Program-made: the position numbers and the translations under genes
Shown here: positions 1 through 8,438 of the stretch, piece after piece
How the letters are laid out: every line of letters begins with the position of its first letter
How positions within the stretch are numbered: the first letter of the stretch is position 1
From: Candidatus Saccharimonadales bacterium
GTDB taxonomy: Bacteria; Patescibacteriota; Saccharimonadia; Saccharimonadales; 2-12-FULL-41-12
Length of the DNA stretch: 64,000 bases
NCBI GenBank assembly: GCA_025451045.1
Contig: JANWLD010000001.1
Location: forward strand, 197,812 to 261,811
Direction: 5' to 3'
The notes under the pieces: generated by a model
The model's database searches: none
Told to the model about the DNA's origin: nothing
What the model saw: the letters and a program-made list of their open reading frames with translations, nothing else

Positions 1-35
1 ACTCATCTCGGGCCACAGCCTTCGCAAGAGCCTTC

Positions 36-1328
36 TTGCTTGCCGCAAGACTGGCTAATGATCTGCCGATTAACCCCAAAGAGTCACCAGTCATATTGAA
101 AGGCTACAAACCGAGTCTAGCACCAGAAATCGGATACCTGACACTCCGCGACTTGCCAAAACGGATAATGGGTCATGATGAGCTTGTGCCTGCCGATTTA
201 CAAAGCGTATTAGAGTTTAGCTATGAGGCTCCTCCTGAGCCCCCTAAGCCATCTCCCAGACCAAAGAAGCCGGCGACACAGAAACCGAAAGAATCACCAA
301 AATCGCCGCAAGCCCCTGATGAGACTCCTCCCGATAACAGCGAGCCGGAGTTCCATTCTGGAATCATCCTTCCGGACGGGTTCGTGACGGAAAAGCCGCC
401 TGCTGATCCGGCACTTCCGCCTGAGCTACCGGAGCCTGGAATTGTCTATCCGGATAATCCTCAAGAAACGCCCCCGGAGTGGAACTCGGCTAAACGCGTC
501 AAAGGCGCTATTGAACAAATGAGACCGCGGTATAAACTTGAAGATGTCGGTGGACTTGCACATATCAAGCAAGAAATTAAGGATATCGCCTTGGCGTTCA
601 ATAATCCAGAAGTCATGCAAAAATGGAATGCCGGCGGCGCACGGGGAATATTGTTATATGGTGAACCGGGTACGGGGAAAACGATGTTAGCCCATGCGCT
701 TGCGCACGAAACACGGTCCACATTTTGGGTGGTGGATAGCACTTCATTGTACGATGTGTGGCTCAGTTTTTCCGGTAAGAATATGAAGAAGATTTTTGAC
801 GAGATCAGGTCGTACGAAAACCGACTTGTAGTTTTTTTGGATGAAATGGACAGTATTCTCGGAACTGTAGAAGACCCTGGACCGGGTGGAGCTGACGCTG
901 AAAGAAATCAGGTTGCTGGTATATTCAAGCAAGAACTTAATACGCTCTTCGCGCAAAACCCCAACGTTTTAATCGTAGGTGCAACCAACAACCTTGAGCG
1001 TATTGATTCTGCCCTGACAAGAACTGGTCGTTTTGATTATAAGCTTTACGTTCCCCTGCCTGATGATGAGGGTCGCGGTCAGATAATATCTACGATCTTG
1101 GCTTCGAACATACAAGGCACCGTGGACGGTTCCACTTTATATAACCCAGATCTTGATGTGCCGGAAATCGTCAGGATGACCGAGGGCATGAACGGCGCGG
1201 ACATCAATGAGATTCTGGCCAGGGTGAGACGCAGTAAGGCGATGGGTGAAATACGCTCCGGGAAAATCAAGCCGGTATCGCAAAAGGATATAATCCAAGA
1301 GATAGATAAGTTTAGACAGATGGGCTAG
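36..1328 (+). CDS. AAA+ ATPase (classical Cdc48/FtsH-clade single AAA module) with proline-rich N-terminal region; possibly 5'-partial
   Basis: Walker A GEPGTGKT, Walker B VVFLDEMD, second region of homology ATNNLERIDSALTRTGRFD. The first ~150 aa are P/E/K-rich low complexity. The frame stays open back to position 3, so the true start may lie upstream of the window. Confidence 0.85.
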   Translation: MLAARLANDLPINPKESPVILKGYKPSLAPEIGYLTLRDLPKRIMGHDELVPADLQSVLEFSYEAPPEPPKPSPRPKKPATQKPKESPKSPQAPDETPPDNSEPEFHSGIILPDGFVTEKPPADPALPPELPEPGIVYPDNPQETPPEWNSAKRVKGAIEQMRPRYKLEDVGGLAHIKQEIKDIALAFNNPEVMQKWNAGGARGILLYGEPGTGKTMLAHALAHETRSTFWVVDSTSLYDVWLSFSGKNMKKIFDEIRSYENRLVVFLDEMDSILGTVEDPGPGGADAERNQVAGIFKQELNTLFAQNPNVLIVGATNNLERIDSALTRTGRFDYKLYVPLPDDEGRGQIISTILASNIQGTVDGSTLYNPDLDVPEIVRMTEGMNGADINEILARVRRSKAMGEIRSGKIKPVSQKDIIQEIDKFRQMG

Positions 1329-1359
1329 CTATTGCGCCGACAGCTCTTACCTAGACTGC

Positions 1360-2790
1360 TTAACCCATGTGGACGGCTTCGGAAGAAGCGGGTTCGCCTT
1401 TAACATGCTTGATAGCAAAGAAAGCTATAACTGACGCGGCGAGGGCAAAACAGGAACCAACTAAGAAAGCTTCGTGCGAGCCGGCAACTTGGGCTTCAGC
1501 CGGACTGCCGCCGCTCATTAGAGATTTGGTAAACTGCGAAGAATAAACCCCGGATAAAATAGCCAAGCCCAAAGCCCCGCCGATTTGCTGGGAGGTGTTC
1601 AAGATACCCGATGCTAAGCCGGACTTATCGTGAGGCACGCCGGAAGTTGCTGCGATAGTGATACTAACAAACATACTTCCGAGCCCTATAGCCATCAGCA
1701 TCAGCCCGGGGAAAACATCAGTCCAATAATCACCGCTGACCTGGAGGTTGGAAAATACTAACAACCCGGCCGCCAAAAATAACGGGCCAATTACCATCGG
1801 CGGTTTGTAGCCGATTTTATGTACAAGATTAGATACAATTGCCGAGCCCGCACCGATAACAAAGGTTACCGGCAAAAAGGCAAAGCCGGTCTTGACCGGG
1901 GAAAAACCAAGGACAATTTGGACATATAACGTCAAAAAGAAAAACATGGCGAACATGCTGGCAGTAATCGGGAATTGCACCATATTTGCGCCGCGCAGGT
2001 TGCGGATTTTAAAGATGGAAAACGGCACCAAAGGTTGTTTAGACCTAAGTTCGTTGAAAACGAATGATATCAAAAGTACTGCGCTGATACCGAAAAACAA
2101 TAAGCTCTTATTGCTGGTCCAGCCATAGCTCGGCGCTTTGACTAACCCGTATACCAGCGACATAAGGCCGGTTGTTACCAAAACGGCTCCAGGCAAATCC
2201 AAGTGAACGTGTTTTAGGTTCGCTTTGCTTTCCGGCACAACGCGGCTAACCATGATCGCAACGGCAATACCAATCGGCACGTTGACAAAGAAATTCCATT
2301 CCCAGCCTAGATATTCAGTCAATATGCCGCCAAACAGCAGGCCAGCGGCGGCTCCACCGGCGGCCACTCCGCCCCAGACACCGAGTGCTTTGTTACGCTC
2401 TTTGCCTTCTTTAAAAGTATTCACAATGATTGATAGTGCGGCAGGGGACATAAAGGCAGCGCTAAGTCCCTGTACGGCTCGAAGTGCAATCAGCATGGTA
2501 TCTGACTGGCTAAGACCAGCAAGCAGGGATGCGATGGTAAAGGCGGTAACTCCGCCCAAGAAAATTCTTTTCCGGCCAAACAGGTCTGCGGCCCGGCCGC
2601 CAAAAAGTAAAAACCCGCCGAAAGCAAGGGTATAAGCGGTAACAACCCATTGCAGGTCGCTAGGACTAAAGTTAAGCGCCTTTTGGATGGACGGTAAAGC
2701 GACATTTACGATTGATATATCAAGCACCACCATGAACTGGGCCAGCGCCATCAAAAACAGTACTTGGCCTTTATGAATCTTTTTCGGCAT
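1360..2790 (-). CDS. MFS transporter, DHA2 (EmrB/QacA-like) drug:H+ antiporter family
   Basis: 476-aa polytopic hydrophobic protein. N-terminal LFLMALAQFMVVLDISIVNVALPSI and GRAADLFGRKR motifs are typical of the 14-TMS EmrB/QacA subfamily. Confidence 0.85.
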   Translation of the reverse strand: MPKKIHKGQVLFLMALAQFMVVLDISIVNVALPSIQKALNFSPSDLQWVVTAYTLAFGGFLLFGGRAADLFGRKRIFLGGVTAFTIASLLAGLSQSDTMLIALRAVQGLSAAFMSPAALSIIVNTFKEGKERNKALGVWGGVAAGGAAAGLLFGGILTEYLGWEWNFFVNVPIGIAVAIMVSRVVPESKANLKHVHLDLPGAVLVTTGLMSLVYGLVKAPSYGWTSNKSLLFFGISAVLLISFVFNELRSKQPLVPFSIFKIRNLRGANMVQFPITASMFAMFFFLTLYVQIVLGFSPVKTGFAFLPVTFVIGAGSAIVSNLVHKIGYKPPMVIGPLFLAAGLLVFSNLQVSGDYWTDVFPGLMLMAIGLGSMFVSITIAATSGVPHDKSGLASGILNTSQQIGGALGLAILSGVYSSQFTKSLMSGGSPAEAQVAGSHEAFLVGSCFALAASVIAFFAIKHVKGEPASSEAVHMG

Positions 2791-2848
2791 TTTCCCTCTC
2801 TTTTTTATAAGACTTTATATATAGTTTAGCGGAAAATACGGCTAAAAT

Positions 2849-4381
2849 CTACGCCGCTTTTTGTGCTTTACCGCGGTCAAGATAGGGCTGGTAATACTCA
2901 AGCTCCTCGCGGCATCTTTCCCTGGATTGAATAGCTTTAGTTAGCCGGGCATAGGCATACTGGCCGCCCAATGAAGCATAAACACGCCAGTTTTTGGCCA
3001 GTTCGGCTTCGGAATTTGCCTTAGTCAACTTTGAAGCCAAGGCTCTGTGCATAGCCTTCACTTGGTCCGGGCTCATGCTGAGGTTCAAACGCGCAGTATC
3101 TATGAGTATATGCAGTCTTTCTTGGGCAACCTGAAACAAAACTTCCAATTCTTTTGCTTTGAATGTTACCGGCGATTCCGGGTTGGTTGCGTCATAAATA
3201 GTCTTAAATAATCTGAGCTCTTCTTCTATATTAGGAATCAATTCACTGATTTTATCAATTTTTCCTTCCATGGTATGTCCGCGTGAACGTCCAACCTTTT
3301 CATCAACACCTTTTATATCCGTATTTCCCGCGTTATGGTCCCTGGTCTTGGCTCCGGCAAACGCGGTCATAGCGCTAGGGCTGTGGGCGACCATGCTGAA
3401 TTCGTCTGCCGGCAGTACGACGCCATTTTCCGTGAGGTTCAAATCTTTCAAAATACGGGGCTTGGTAGAGCTAAAAGGCTGCTCGCCCCACGCCCATGCC
3501 AATTGCTGGGTACGATTGGGATTATCTTTTCTAACGCGTGAATAGCGGGGGTCAAACCGGTGAATATACAGACCATCCCGTAACACGCTAGGCCGGATAT
3601 TGGTAAAATCTTCAGGACGGACGTGCAGTTCTACATCTACGCCTTCTTCCAGCTCGGCTTTTCCAAGTACTGAGCCTCTTTCGCCCATGAACTTGATGAA
3701 TGTCATCTCCTGCTCCGGATTTATATCTTCCGACGCACCGGTCAGGATTCCGCCTGTTTCGTCCAGTTGCATTGACAATAGGGTAGGCTCGTCAGTATCG
3801 GCCGGTCTTTCCGGAGTTTTTTGGCTCTCTGGGCTGGCTATTCTTTCCCGAAGTTCTTTTAATCGGCCTTCCAGCTCTTTTATGCGGCTATTTTGGGCAT
3901 CTTTGTTCGTGATACCATAATAAGGCCGGCTAAAATTGTCGTAATCACTCTGTAATATTGAATCAATTACTATTTTGGGCCGCAGTTTAGCAGTTGCTAT
4001 AGCGGAGTATCCCAAAGCCCCGGCGAATTTGTTTTTGGCGGCTCTGTCTAGTCTTATTCTAGCTTCTGCCGATTCGTCATATTTTTTGTCGGCCGCGCCT
4101 TTGCCGTGCGCTTTGTCATATTGTTCCACGAAAGGCGAACCATCGCTGAATCGATTACGGAAGTTTTCGCCTTTGTTAATCTTGTCGAAAAACTTCAGGG
4201 TCGCTACCTGGCCTTCATAATAGTCAATCAGGTTAACACTGGGGCCGTCTATGACGGTTTCATATGCGGGCTGTTCTCTTTGCTGTTCCTTGGGAAAAGC
4301 CAATATTCTCTCAGCCATCGTGTCAGGATTAGCCTCCAGCATAACCATTTGTCCCTGGATAGGGGTTTTAGAATTCGCCAT
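2849..4381 (-). CDS. hypothetical protein, 510 aa, no recognisable domain
   Basis: Long uninterrupted ORF with ATG start, no TM segment or signal peptide, and a central coiled-coil-like segment (IKELEGRLKELRERI). A promoter lies immediately upstream with no Shine-Dalgarno sequence. Confidence 0.7.
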   Translation of the reverse strand: MANSKTPIQGQMVMLEANPDTMAERILAFPKEQQREQPAYETVIDGPSVNLIDYYEGQVATLKFFDKINKGENFRNRFSDGSPFVEQYDKAHGKGAADKKYDESAEARIRLDRAAKNKFAGALGYSAIATAKLRPKIVIDSILQSDYDNFSRPYYGITNKDAQNSRIKELEGRLKELRERIASPESQKTPERPADTDEPTLLSMQLDETGGILTGASEDINPEQEMTFIKFMGERGSVLGKAELEEGVDVELHVRPEDFTNIRPSVLRDGLYIHRFDPRYSRVRKDNPNRTQQLAWAWGEQPFSSTKPRILKDLNLTENGVVLPADEFSMVAHSPSAMTAFAGAKTRDHNAGNTDIKGVDEKVGRSRGHTMEGKIDKISELIPNIEEELRLFKTIYDATNPESPVTFKAKELEVLFQVAQERLHILIDTARLNLSMSPDQVKAMHRALASKLTKANSEAELAKNWRVYASLGGQYAYARLTKAIQSRERCREELEYYQPYLDRGKAQKAA

Positions 4382-4389
4382 TTAACAAC

Positions 4390-4418
4390 ATTATATCACA
4401 TCTGTCAAGGATTGTCAG
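4390..4418 (-). promoter_or_regulatory. sigma70-type promoter positioned for a leaderless transcript of the 510-aa ORF
   Basis: On the minus strand: CTGACA (4413-4418), 17-nt spacer, TATAAT (4390-4395), then 8 nt to the ATG at 4381. No SD in between. Confidence 0.5.
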
Positions 4419-4431
4419 GCAAAAGGCAAAT

Positions 4432-4463
4432 AAAAACTCCCGAGGTTTAATTCGGGAGTTTTT
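4432..4463 (-). terminator. intrinsic terminator downstream of the RRM protein gene
   Basis: Minus strand reads AACTCCCGA-attaaacc-TCGGGAGTT followed by a T-run. The plus strand also ends in TTTTT, so it may act in both directions. Confidence 0.7.
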
Positions 4464-4478
4464 CTGAGCAGAGTTTTA

Positions 4479-4775
4479 CTACTGCCAGTTCTTGTTGCCG
4501 CCGCCATAGCCGCCGCGGTTTTCGCGCGGTTGCTGGGGACGAGCCTGGTTGACGGTGATGCTGCGGCCACCGACTTCCTTGCCGTTCATCTCGGCTTCGG
4601 CCTTTTTACCTTCGTCGTCGTTTTCAAACTCGACGAAGCCAAAGCCTTTGCTTCGGCCGGTGTCACGGTCGGTAATGACCTTGGCACTGGCTACTGTTCC
4701 GAACTCGGCAAAAAGCTGCTCGAGCTCTTCGGATGTGGTCGAAAATGGCAGACCACCTACAAACAATTTGTACAT
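4479..4775 (-). CDS. RNA-binding protein with RRM domain and Gly/Arg-rich tail
   Basis: RNP-2 LFVGGL and RNP-1 KGFGFVEF motifs; C-terminal RGGYGGG tail; 98 aa. Confidence 0.9.
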   Translation of the reverse strand: MYKLFVGGLPFSTTSEELEQLFAEFGTVASAKVITDRDTGRSKGFGFVEFENDDEGKKAEAEMNGKEVGGRSITVNQARPQQPRENRGGYGGGNKNWQ

Positions 4776-4952
4776 TCTTTTAGTTCCTTCTATTACTTAA
4801 AACAATCGACCGAAAATCTACTCTATCTTCTTCGATCTGCAGTATTTTCCTGATTGACCTTATAAAAGGAACCTTAAATGAAAAAACTTTTTTATCTGAT
4901 CTAGAACATTTTTGAGATCTTGCAAGAGATATTAAAGCACACAATCAAGCTA

Positions 4953-4981
4953 TTGACAAATCAATGCCGTTTATGTATAAT
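4953..4981 (+). promoter_or_regulatory. consensus sigma70 promoter
   Basis: TTGACA (4953-4958), 17-nt spacer, TATAAT (4976-4981). Both hexamers match consensus perfectly. Confidence 0.7.
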
Positions 4982-5035
4982 GTTTTTTGTACTGACCTAA
5001 AACAAAAACACAATTTAAAAAAAGGAGCAGGCCAC

Positions 5036-5122
5036 ATGCCAAGCTATGAGTTTTCCGCTACGACGGACAAAAAAATTCTTAAACTCGACGGACTTATCAA
5101 GTCAATCTTAGAACAGACTTAA
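5036..5122 (+). CDS. candidate 28-aa micro-protein (MPSYEFSATTDKKILKLDGLIKSILEQT)
   Basis: ATG preceded by AAAGGAG at about 8-nt spacing and about 50 nt downstream of the perfect promoter at 4953-4981. Its stop overlaps the stop of the convergent gene 5119-5565. It is below the ORF-track size cutoff. Confidence 0.4.
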   Translation: MPSYEFSATTDKKILKLDGLIKSILEQT

Positions 5123-5565
5123 CGCTTTTTGCCAAGAGGCGCAGTGTTAGCGGCCACGCCAAAGGCAAGGGCGATGATGACTATATTCTTGATTATGTAT
5201 TGACCCTCCAGCGTTGGTACGGCAAAGGATTGCCAAGTGGCTTCCGGTACCAAAAACAGGGGCGAGCAGACTATTATCATATGGATAAAAAGTATCGGTA
5301 TGATGATTCTGACCGCCTTTGGAAAGAGAAATAAAATACCTATCGCGCATTCAATCAGCCCCAGCAGTTTATATAGAAAGTCAAAATGTTCAATGCCAAC
5401 GGTTTTTGCCATGAGTACTTCAGCCAGCGGCCCGGCCGGGCTGATGCCAGCGAGTTTCAAATAGCCAAACCAAAAGAAAACGATGAAAAATGCCATCCGC
5501 GCCAGCGGCAAATAAGTACGTTTAAAAAACCTTATTAAATCACTATCAAGCTTATGTATAGTCAT
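5119..5565 (-). CDS. integral membrane protein (DoxX/DUF417-like, uncertain)
   Basis: 148 aa with about 4 hydrophobic helices. The family assignment is only by general resemblance. Confidence 0.65.
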   Translation of the reverse strand: MTIHKLDSDLIRFFKRTYLPLARMAFFIVFFWFGYLKLAGISPAGPLAEVLMAKTVGIEHFDFLYKLLGLIECAIGILFLFPKAVRIIIPILFIHMIIVCSPLFLVPEATWQSFAVPTLEGQYIIKNIVIIALAFGVAANTAPLGKKR

Positions 5566-5591
5566 TCGAATTTTAGTATAACAAGCTGCGG

Positions 5592-5930
5592 TTAAACTTC
5601 TTCCGGTTCCGGTTTTGGTTCGAGCAAAGAATCTTGTTGTCTGGAGTGGAGTATTTTCTCAAGGCTTAGACCCAAGCCAACGCCAGCAACAAGTACTTCG
5701 ATTATCCCGGTGGATATAAGTATATCCCGTTTTATTGTGTCCATTTTCATAGTTCCGGGATCAGTAGCAACTCCGATGCATGAAGCCTCGTCAACAGGTT
5801 TCGGATTGATGCAAGCTCTTGCTGATTCCAGTCCACTTTCATAGTGCATAGCATGCTGTAAAGACAATTCGCCAGCCAGGGCACTAGTAAGGCTTATAGC
5901 GATGACAGCTGCCTGTTTTTTCAGATTCAT
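5592..5930 (-). CDS. hypothetical exported/membrane-anchored protein
   Basis: N-terminal signal-like MNLKKQAAVIAISLTSALA and C-terminal TM ILISTGIIEVLVAGVGLGLSL; 112 aa. Confidence 0.6.
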   Translation of the reverse strand: MNLKKQAAVIAISLTSALAGELSLQHAMHYESGLESARACINPKPVDEASCIGVATDPGTMKMDTIKRDILISTGIIEVLVAGVGLGLSLEKILHSRQQDSLLEPKPEPEEV

Positions 5931-6163
5931 TATTGTTCTGCTAACCTAACCATCTCTCGGCATCATAGGTCAGAGGACTGCTTTATACAAGGATAAGCAA
6001 GAACTGATTAGACTTATCTACAAAACAGATTAGGGATAACACCCCGACAGGAGTATACTAGTAAGTAACGAGTCAGTATCCATAACAATTTGGCAATGAG
6101 GAGGCCCGCCGCCAAAGCTGCTGTTTCTCAGCAACACAACCCTAAAAAGAAAGGAAGGCTACT

Positions 6164-6358
6164 ATGTCTTCACTAACAACAACTAAATTTCCAAGTACAG
6201 TTTACTTGACTAGCGATAGTGAGCCAGAGCCCAAAGACGAAAAGCCGGTAGAGAAGCCGGCTGAAGGGACAAAAGCTACCTGGAAACCCGGCGGCTATAC
6301 TCCTACTCGTGCCAGTCGGCACAGTGTAAGAGGCAGGATACAACGCTTCCTTGCCTAA
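6164..6358 (+). CDS. hypothetical small basic protein, 64 aa
   Basis: GGAAGG SD about 8 nt upstream of the ATG; followed directly by tandem hairpin terminators. Confidence 0.55.
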   Translation: MSSLTTTKFPSTVYLTSDSEPEPKDEKPVEKPAEGTKATWKPGGYTPTRASRHSVRGRIQRFLA

Positions 6359-6400
6359 AAACAGGCAAGGAAAAGACCCTGCTTAGGCGGGGTCTTTTTA
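6349..6400. terminator. tandem hairpins, probably a bidirectional terminator (small ORF on plus, tRNA on minus)
   Basis: CCTTGCCT-aaaaac-AGGCAAGG (6349-6370), then AAAAGACCC-N-GGGTCTTTTT (6371-6399). T-runs are present on both strands. Confidence 0.7.
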
Positions 6401-6411
6401 GTTAATGGCTG

Positions 6412-6488
6412 TGGTAGCAGGGGCGAGACTTGAACTCGCGACCTCAGGCTTATGAGTCCTGCGCTCTAACCAGCTGAGCTACCCTGCC
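6412..6488 (-). tRNA. tRNA with CAT anticodon (elongator Met or lysidine-dependent Ile2)
   Basis: Cloverleaf: GGCAGGG/CCCTGCT acceptor, D arm GCTC-AGCTGGTTA-GAGC, anticodon loop CTCATAA, T arm GCGAG-TTCAAGT-CTCGC, discriminator A, encoded CCA; 77 nt. Confidence 0.9.
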
Positions 6489-6574
6489 GCGTCAAAGCTC
6501 GGCAATGGCCTGCAAAGACGCGCATAAAACAAGTTTCTGCTTATCTTTGACTGGCCTAAGCCGGCTTTTCCTTT

Positions 6575-6609
6575 CGATTTTGCAAACAGTTCCTTTGCTT
6601 GCAAAATCG
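6575..6609. repeat. inverted repeat / hairpin between the Nudix gene and the tRNA
   Basis: CGATTTTGCAA-13 nt-TTGCAAAATCG, an 11-bp perfect stem with no flanking U-tract. Function unknown (processing site or operator). Confidence 0.3.
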
Positions 6610-6714
6610 TATGTAGAAATTATACGACAGGTTTCCTCATTACCAACTATATTATCCCAAAGCGTAAGTCTAAGCCGAAACGATTTGTAACAGGGGTAAA
6701 TATAGCATATTTTA

Positions 6715-7140
6715 TTACTTACCGACAAATAGTTCGGGTTTGGCTTTTTGGAGTTGCGTCAGGGCTAGGAATAGAGGCTTCGGCAGATTTTTAAAGTCGT
6801 ACCAGTCGATATCAATGAACTTATCCGGTTCCATGACTTTTGGTTCGCCGGAAGCCCAGTCGCTGAACATAAAGATAGTAATGCTGTGTTTCTTTTCATC
6901 ATGAAAAACATTGTTAACAGCTGTATAGAATCTAATGTTCTTGATTTTAACCCCGGTTTCTTCCATGACTTCGCGGGCTGCAGCCTCTTCAAAAGTTTCG
7001 CCGTATTCCAAATGCCCGCCCGGCACACACCAAGTACCGTAACCGTGCTTACCTACACGCCTGCCAAGTAAGAACTCACCGTCTTTAAATACGAAAACTC
7101 CGACGCCAACCGATGGCCGGTTCATTTTTTTGAAATCCAC
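6715..7140 (-). CDS. NUDIX hydrolase
   Basis: Nudix box GGHLEYGETFEEAAAREVMEETGV; 141 aa. Confidence 0.9.
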   Translation of the reverse strand: MDFKKMNRPSVGVGVFVFKDGEFLLGRRVGKHGYGTWCVPGGHLEYGETFEEAAAREVMEETGVKIKNIRFYTAVNNVFHDEKKHSITIFMFSDWASGEPKVMEPDKFIDIDWYDFKNLPKPLFLALTQLQKAKPELFVGK

Positions 7141-7373
7141 CAGTCCTTTACATAAGAAATAGTAAGCGTTGACAGCCCAAAGCCGGCGGCAGGGATAAGG
7201 GCGTTGATAAACGGCCTGTCAATTTCAGCCGCTTTCATGAAGACAACCATCACAAGGTAAGTCAGGGTAACTATCAAAATTCTTCTGGCAAAGCTGGTTT
7301 CCCAGGCTTTATCCAACTCAACTTTTTTGTTGCGGGCTTCTATTGCCTCGATGCGCTTTTCTAAATTGCTCAT
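7122..7373 (-). CDS. small 2-TM membrane protein with N-terminal coiled segment
   Basis: 83 aa, MSNLEKRIEAIEARNKKVE followed by two hydrophobic helices. Overlaps the downstream Nudix gene by 19 nt. Confidence 0.6.
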   Translation of the reverse strand: MSNLEKRIEAIEARNKKVELDKAWETSFARRILIVTLTYLVMVVFMKAAEIDRPFINALIPAAGFGLSTLTISYVKDWWISKK

Positions 7374-7383
7374 AGACTTAATT

Positions 7384-8283
7384 CTAAGCTGAGGCGGCAG
7401 GTTCGGACTTTTGTTTTGCCTGATGACGGGCGTTATATAATTGCACCGCGTAGTAAATGCTTCGCATTAAACCTTCTTTTTTTACGCCTCGGGATAAGTC
7501 ATGCCAATCTTTGGCAATGCCGTTTAGCATTGGGCCGACGGCTACATGCCCAGCCAGTTGTTCAACCAACTTGTAACCGATATTACCGCTGGCACCGTCC
7601 GGAAAGATGAATACGTTCGGCATCTTTCCATTGGAGAGTTCAATACCTGCTTGCTTAGCTTTTTTTATGAACACATCATGGTCTAGAGCTGCGTCCACCT
7701 GGATTTCTCCGTAGGCGGGTATGTCCGGATTTCTTTCTTTAAATCTTTGATAAGCTTCTCTGGTTTGTTGTACTCCCATTAATTTGCCCGCGTCCGCGCT
7801 TCCGAATGTCGAAAGTGACAGAAAAGCCAAAACCGGCTCATAGCCCAATTGCTTAACACTTTCCGCGGTTTCTTCAGCTATGTGTACTAATTCATGCGGC
7901 CTCGGCGCTTCATTAACAGCGCAGTCAGCAAAAAACAAAGGCTCTTCGCCGTCTCTCTCCATGACAAAAAATGAATGCACGAACCTTTTATGGTCTTCAG
8001 GATTTTCTGATTGCCTGTTGACATGGTGGATAGCGGTTCGTATTACATCAGGACTTCCGTGTGATGCCCCGGCGATTACGATGTCTACGCCGCCTTCTTC
8101 CCCGCCTTTATTTAATTCATCGGCCGCCGCTTCCAGACTCATCGGTTTGCCTTCATCGCCAAATTGTATTTTTGCACCAAGTTCCTCTTCAAACTTATGT
8201 AACTGAGGATCTTGCTGAACCTGAGCGACGGTAGGGTCGTCGGCTTCGGGCAATAAAACTGTTGGCATATAGTCTTCGCTCAT
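7384..8283 (-). CDS. pta: phosphate acetyltransferase (PTA_PTB family)
   Basis: Collinear with recalled Pta motifs: AGASHGS..VIRTA, FFADCAVNEAP, LSLSTFGSA, GEIQVDAAL, NVFIFPDGASGNIGYK, AVGPMLNG...DLSRG. Confidence 0.85.
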   Translation of the reverse strand: MSEDYMPTVLLPEADDPTVAQVQQDPQLHKFEEELGAKIQFGDEGKPMSLEAAADELNKGGEEGGVDIVIAGASHGSPDVIRTAIHHVNRQSENPEDHKRFVHSFFVMERDGEEPLFFADCAVNEAPRPHELVHIAEETAESVKQLGYEPVLAFLSLSTFGSADAGKLMGVQQTREAYQRFKERNPDIPAYGEIQVDAALDHDVFIKKAKQAGIELSNGKMPNVFIFPDGASGNIGYKLVEQLAGHVAVGPMLNGIAKDWHDLSRGVKKEGLMRSIYYAVQLYNARHQAKQKSEPAASA

Positions 8284-8438
8284 TTTTAAAATTCCTTGCT
8301 TATAAATCTAATTATCCTCTTTTTAATTAATAACCTCAACATTAATGAGGCCAGAAAAAATTCTAACACTCCTAAGCGTAAGCTAGCGGCTTTTGCCATT
8401 AGCCAGTAAAAAATCAGAAAAAATATATAATTTATGAT

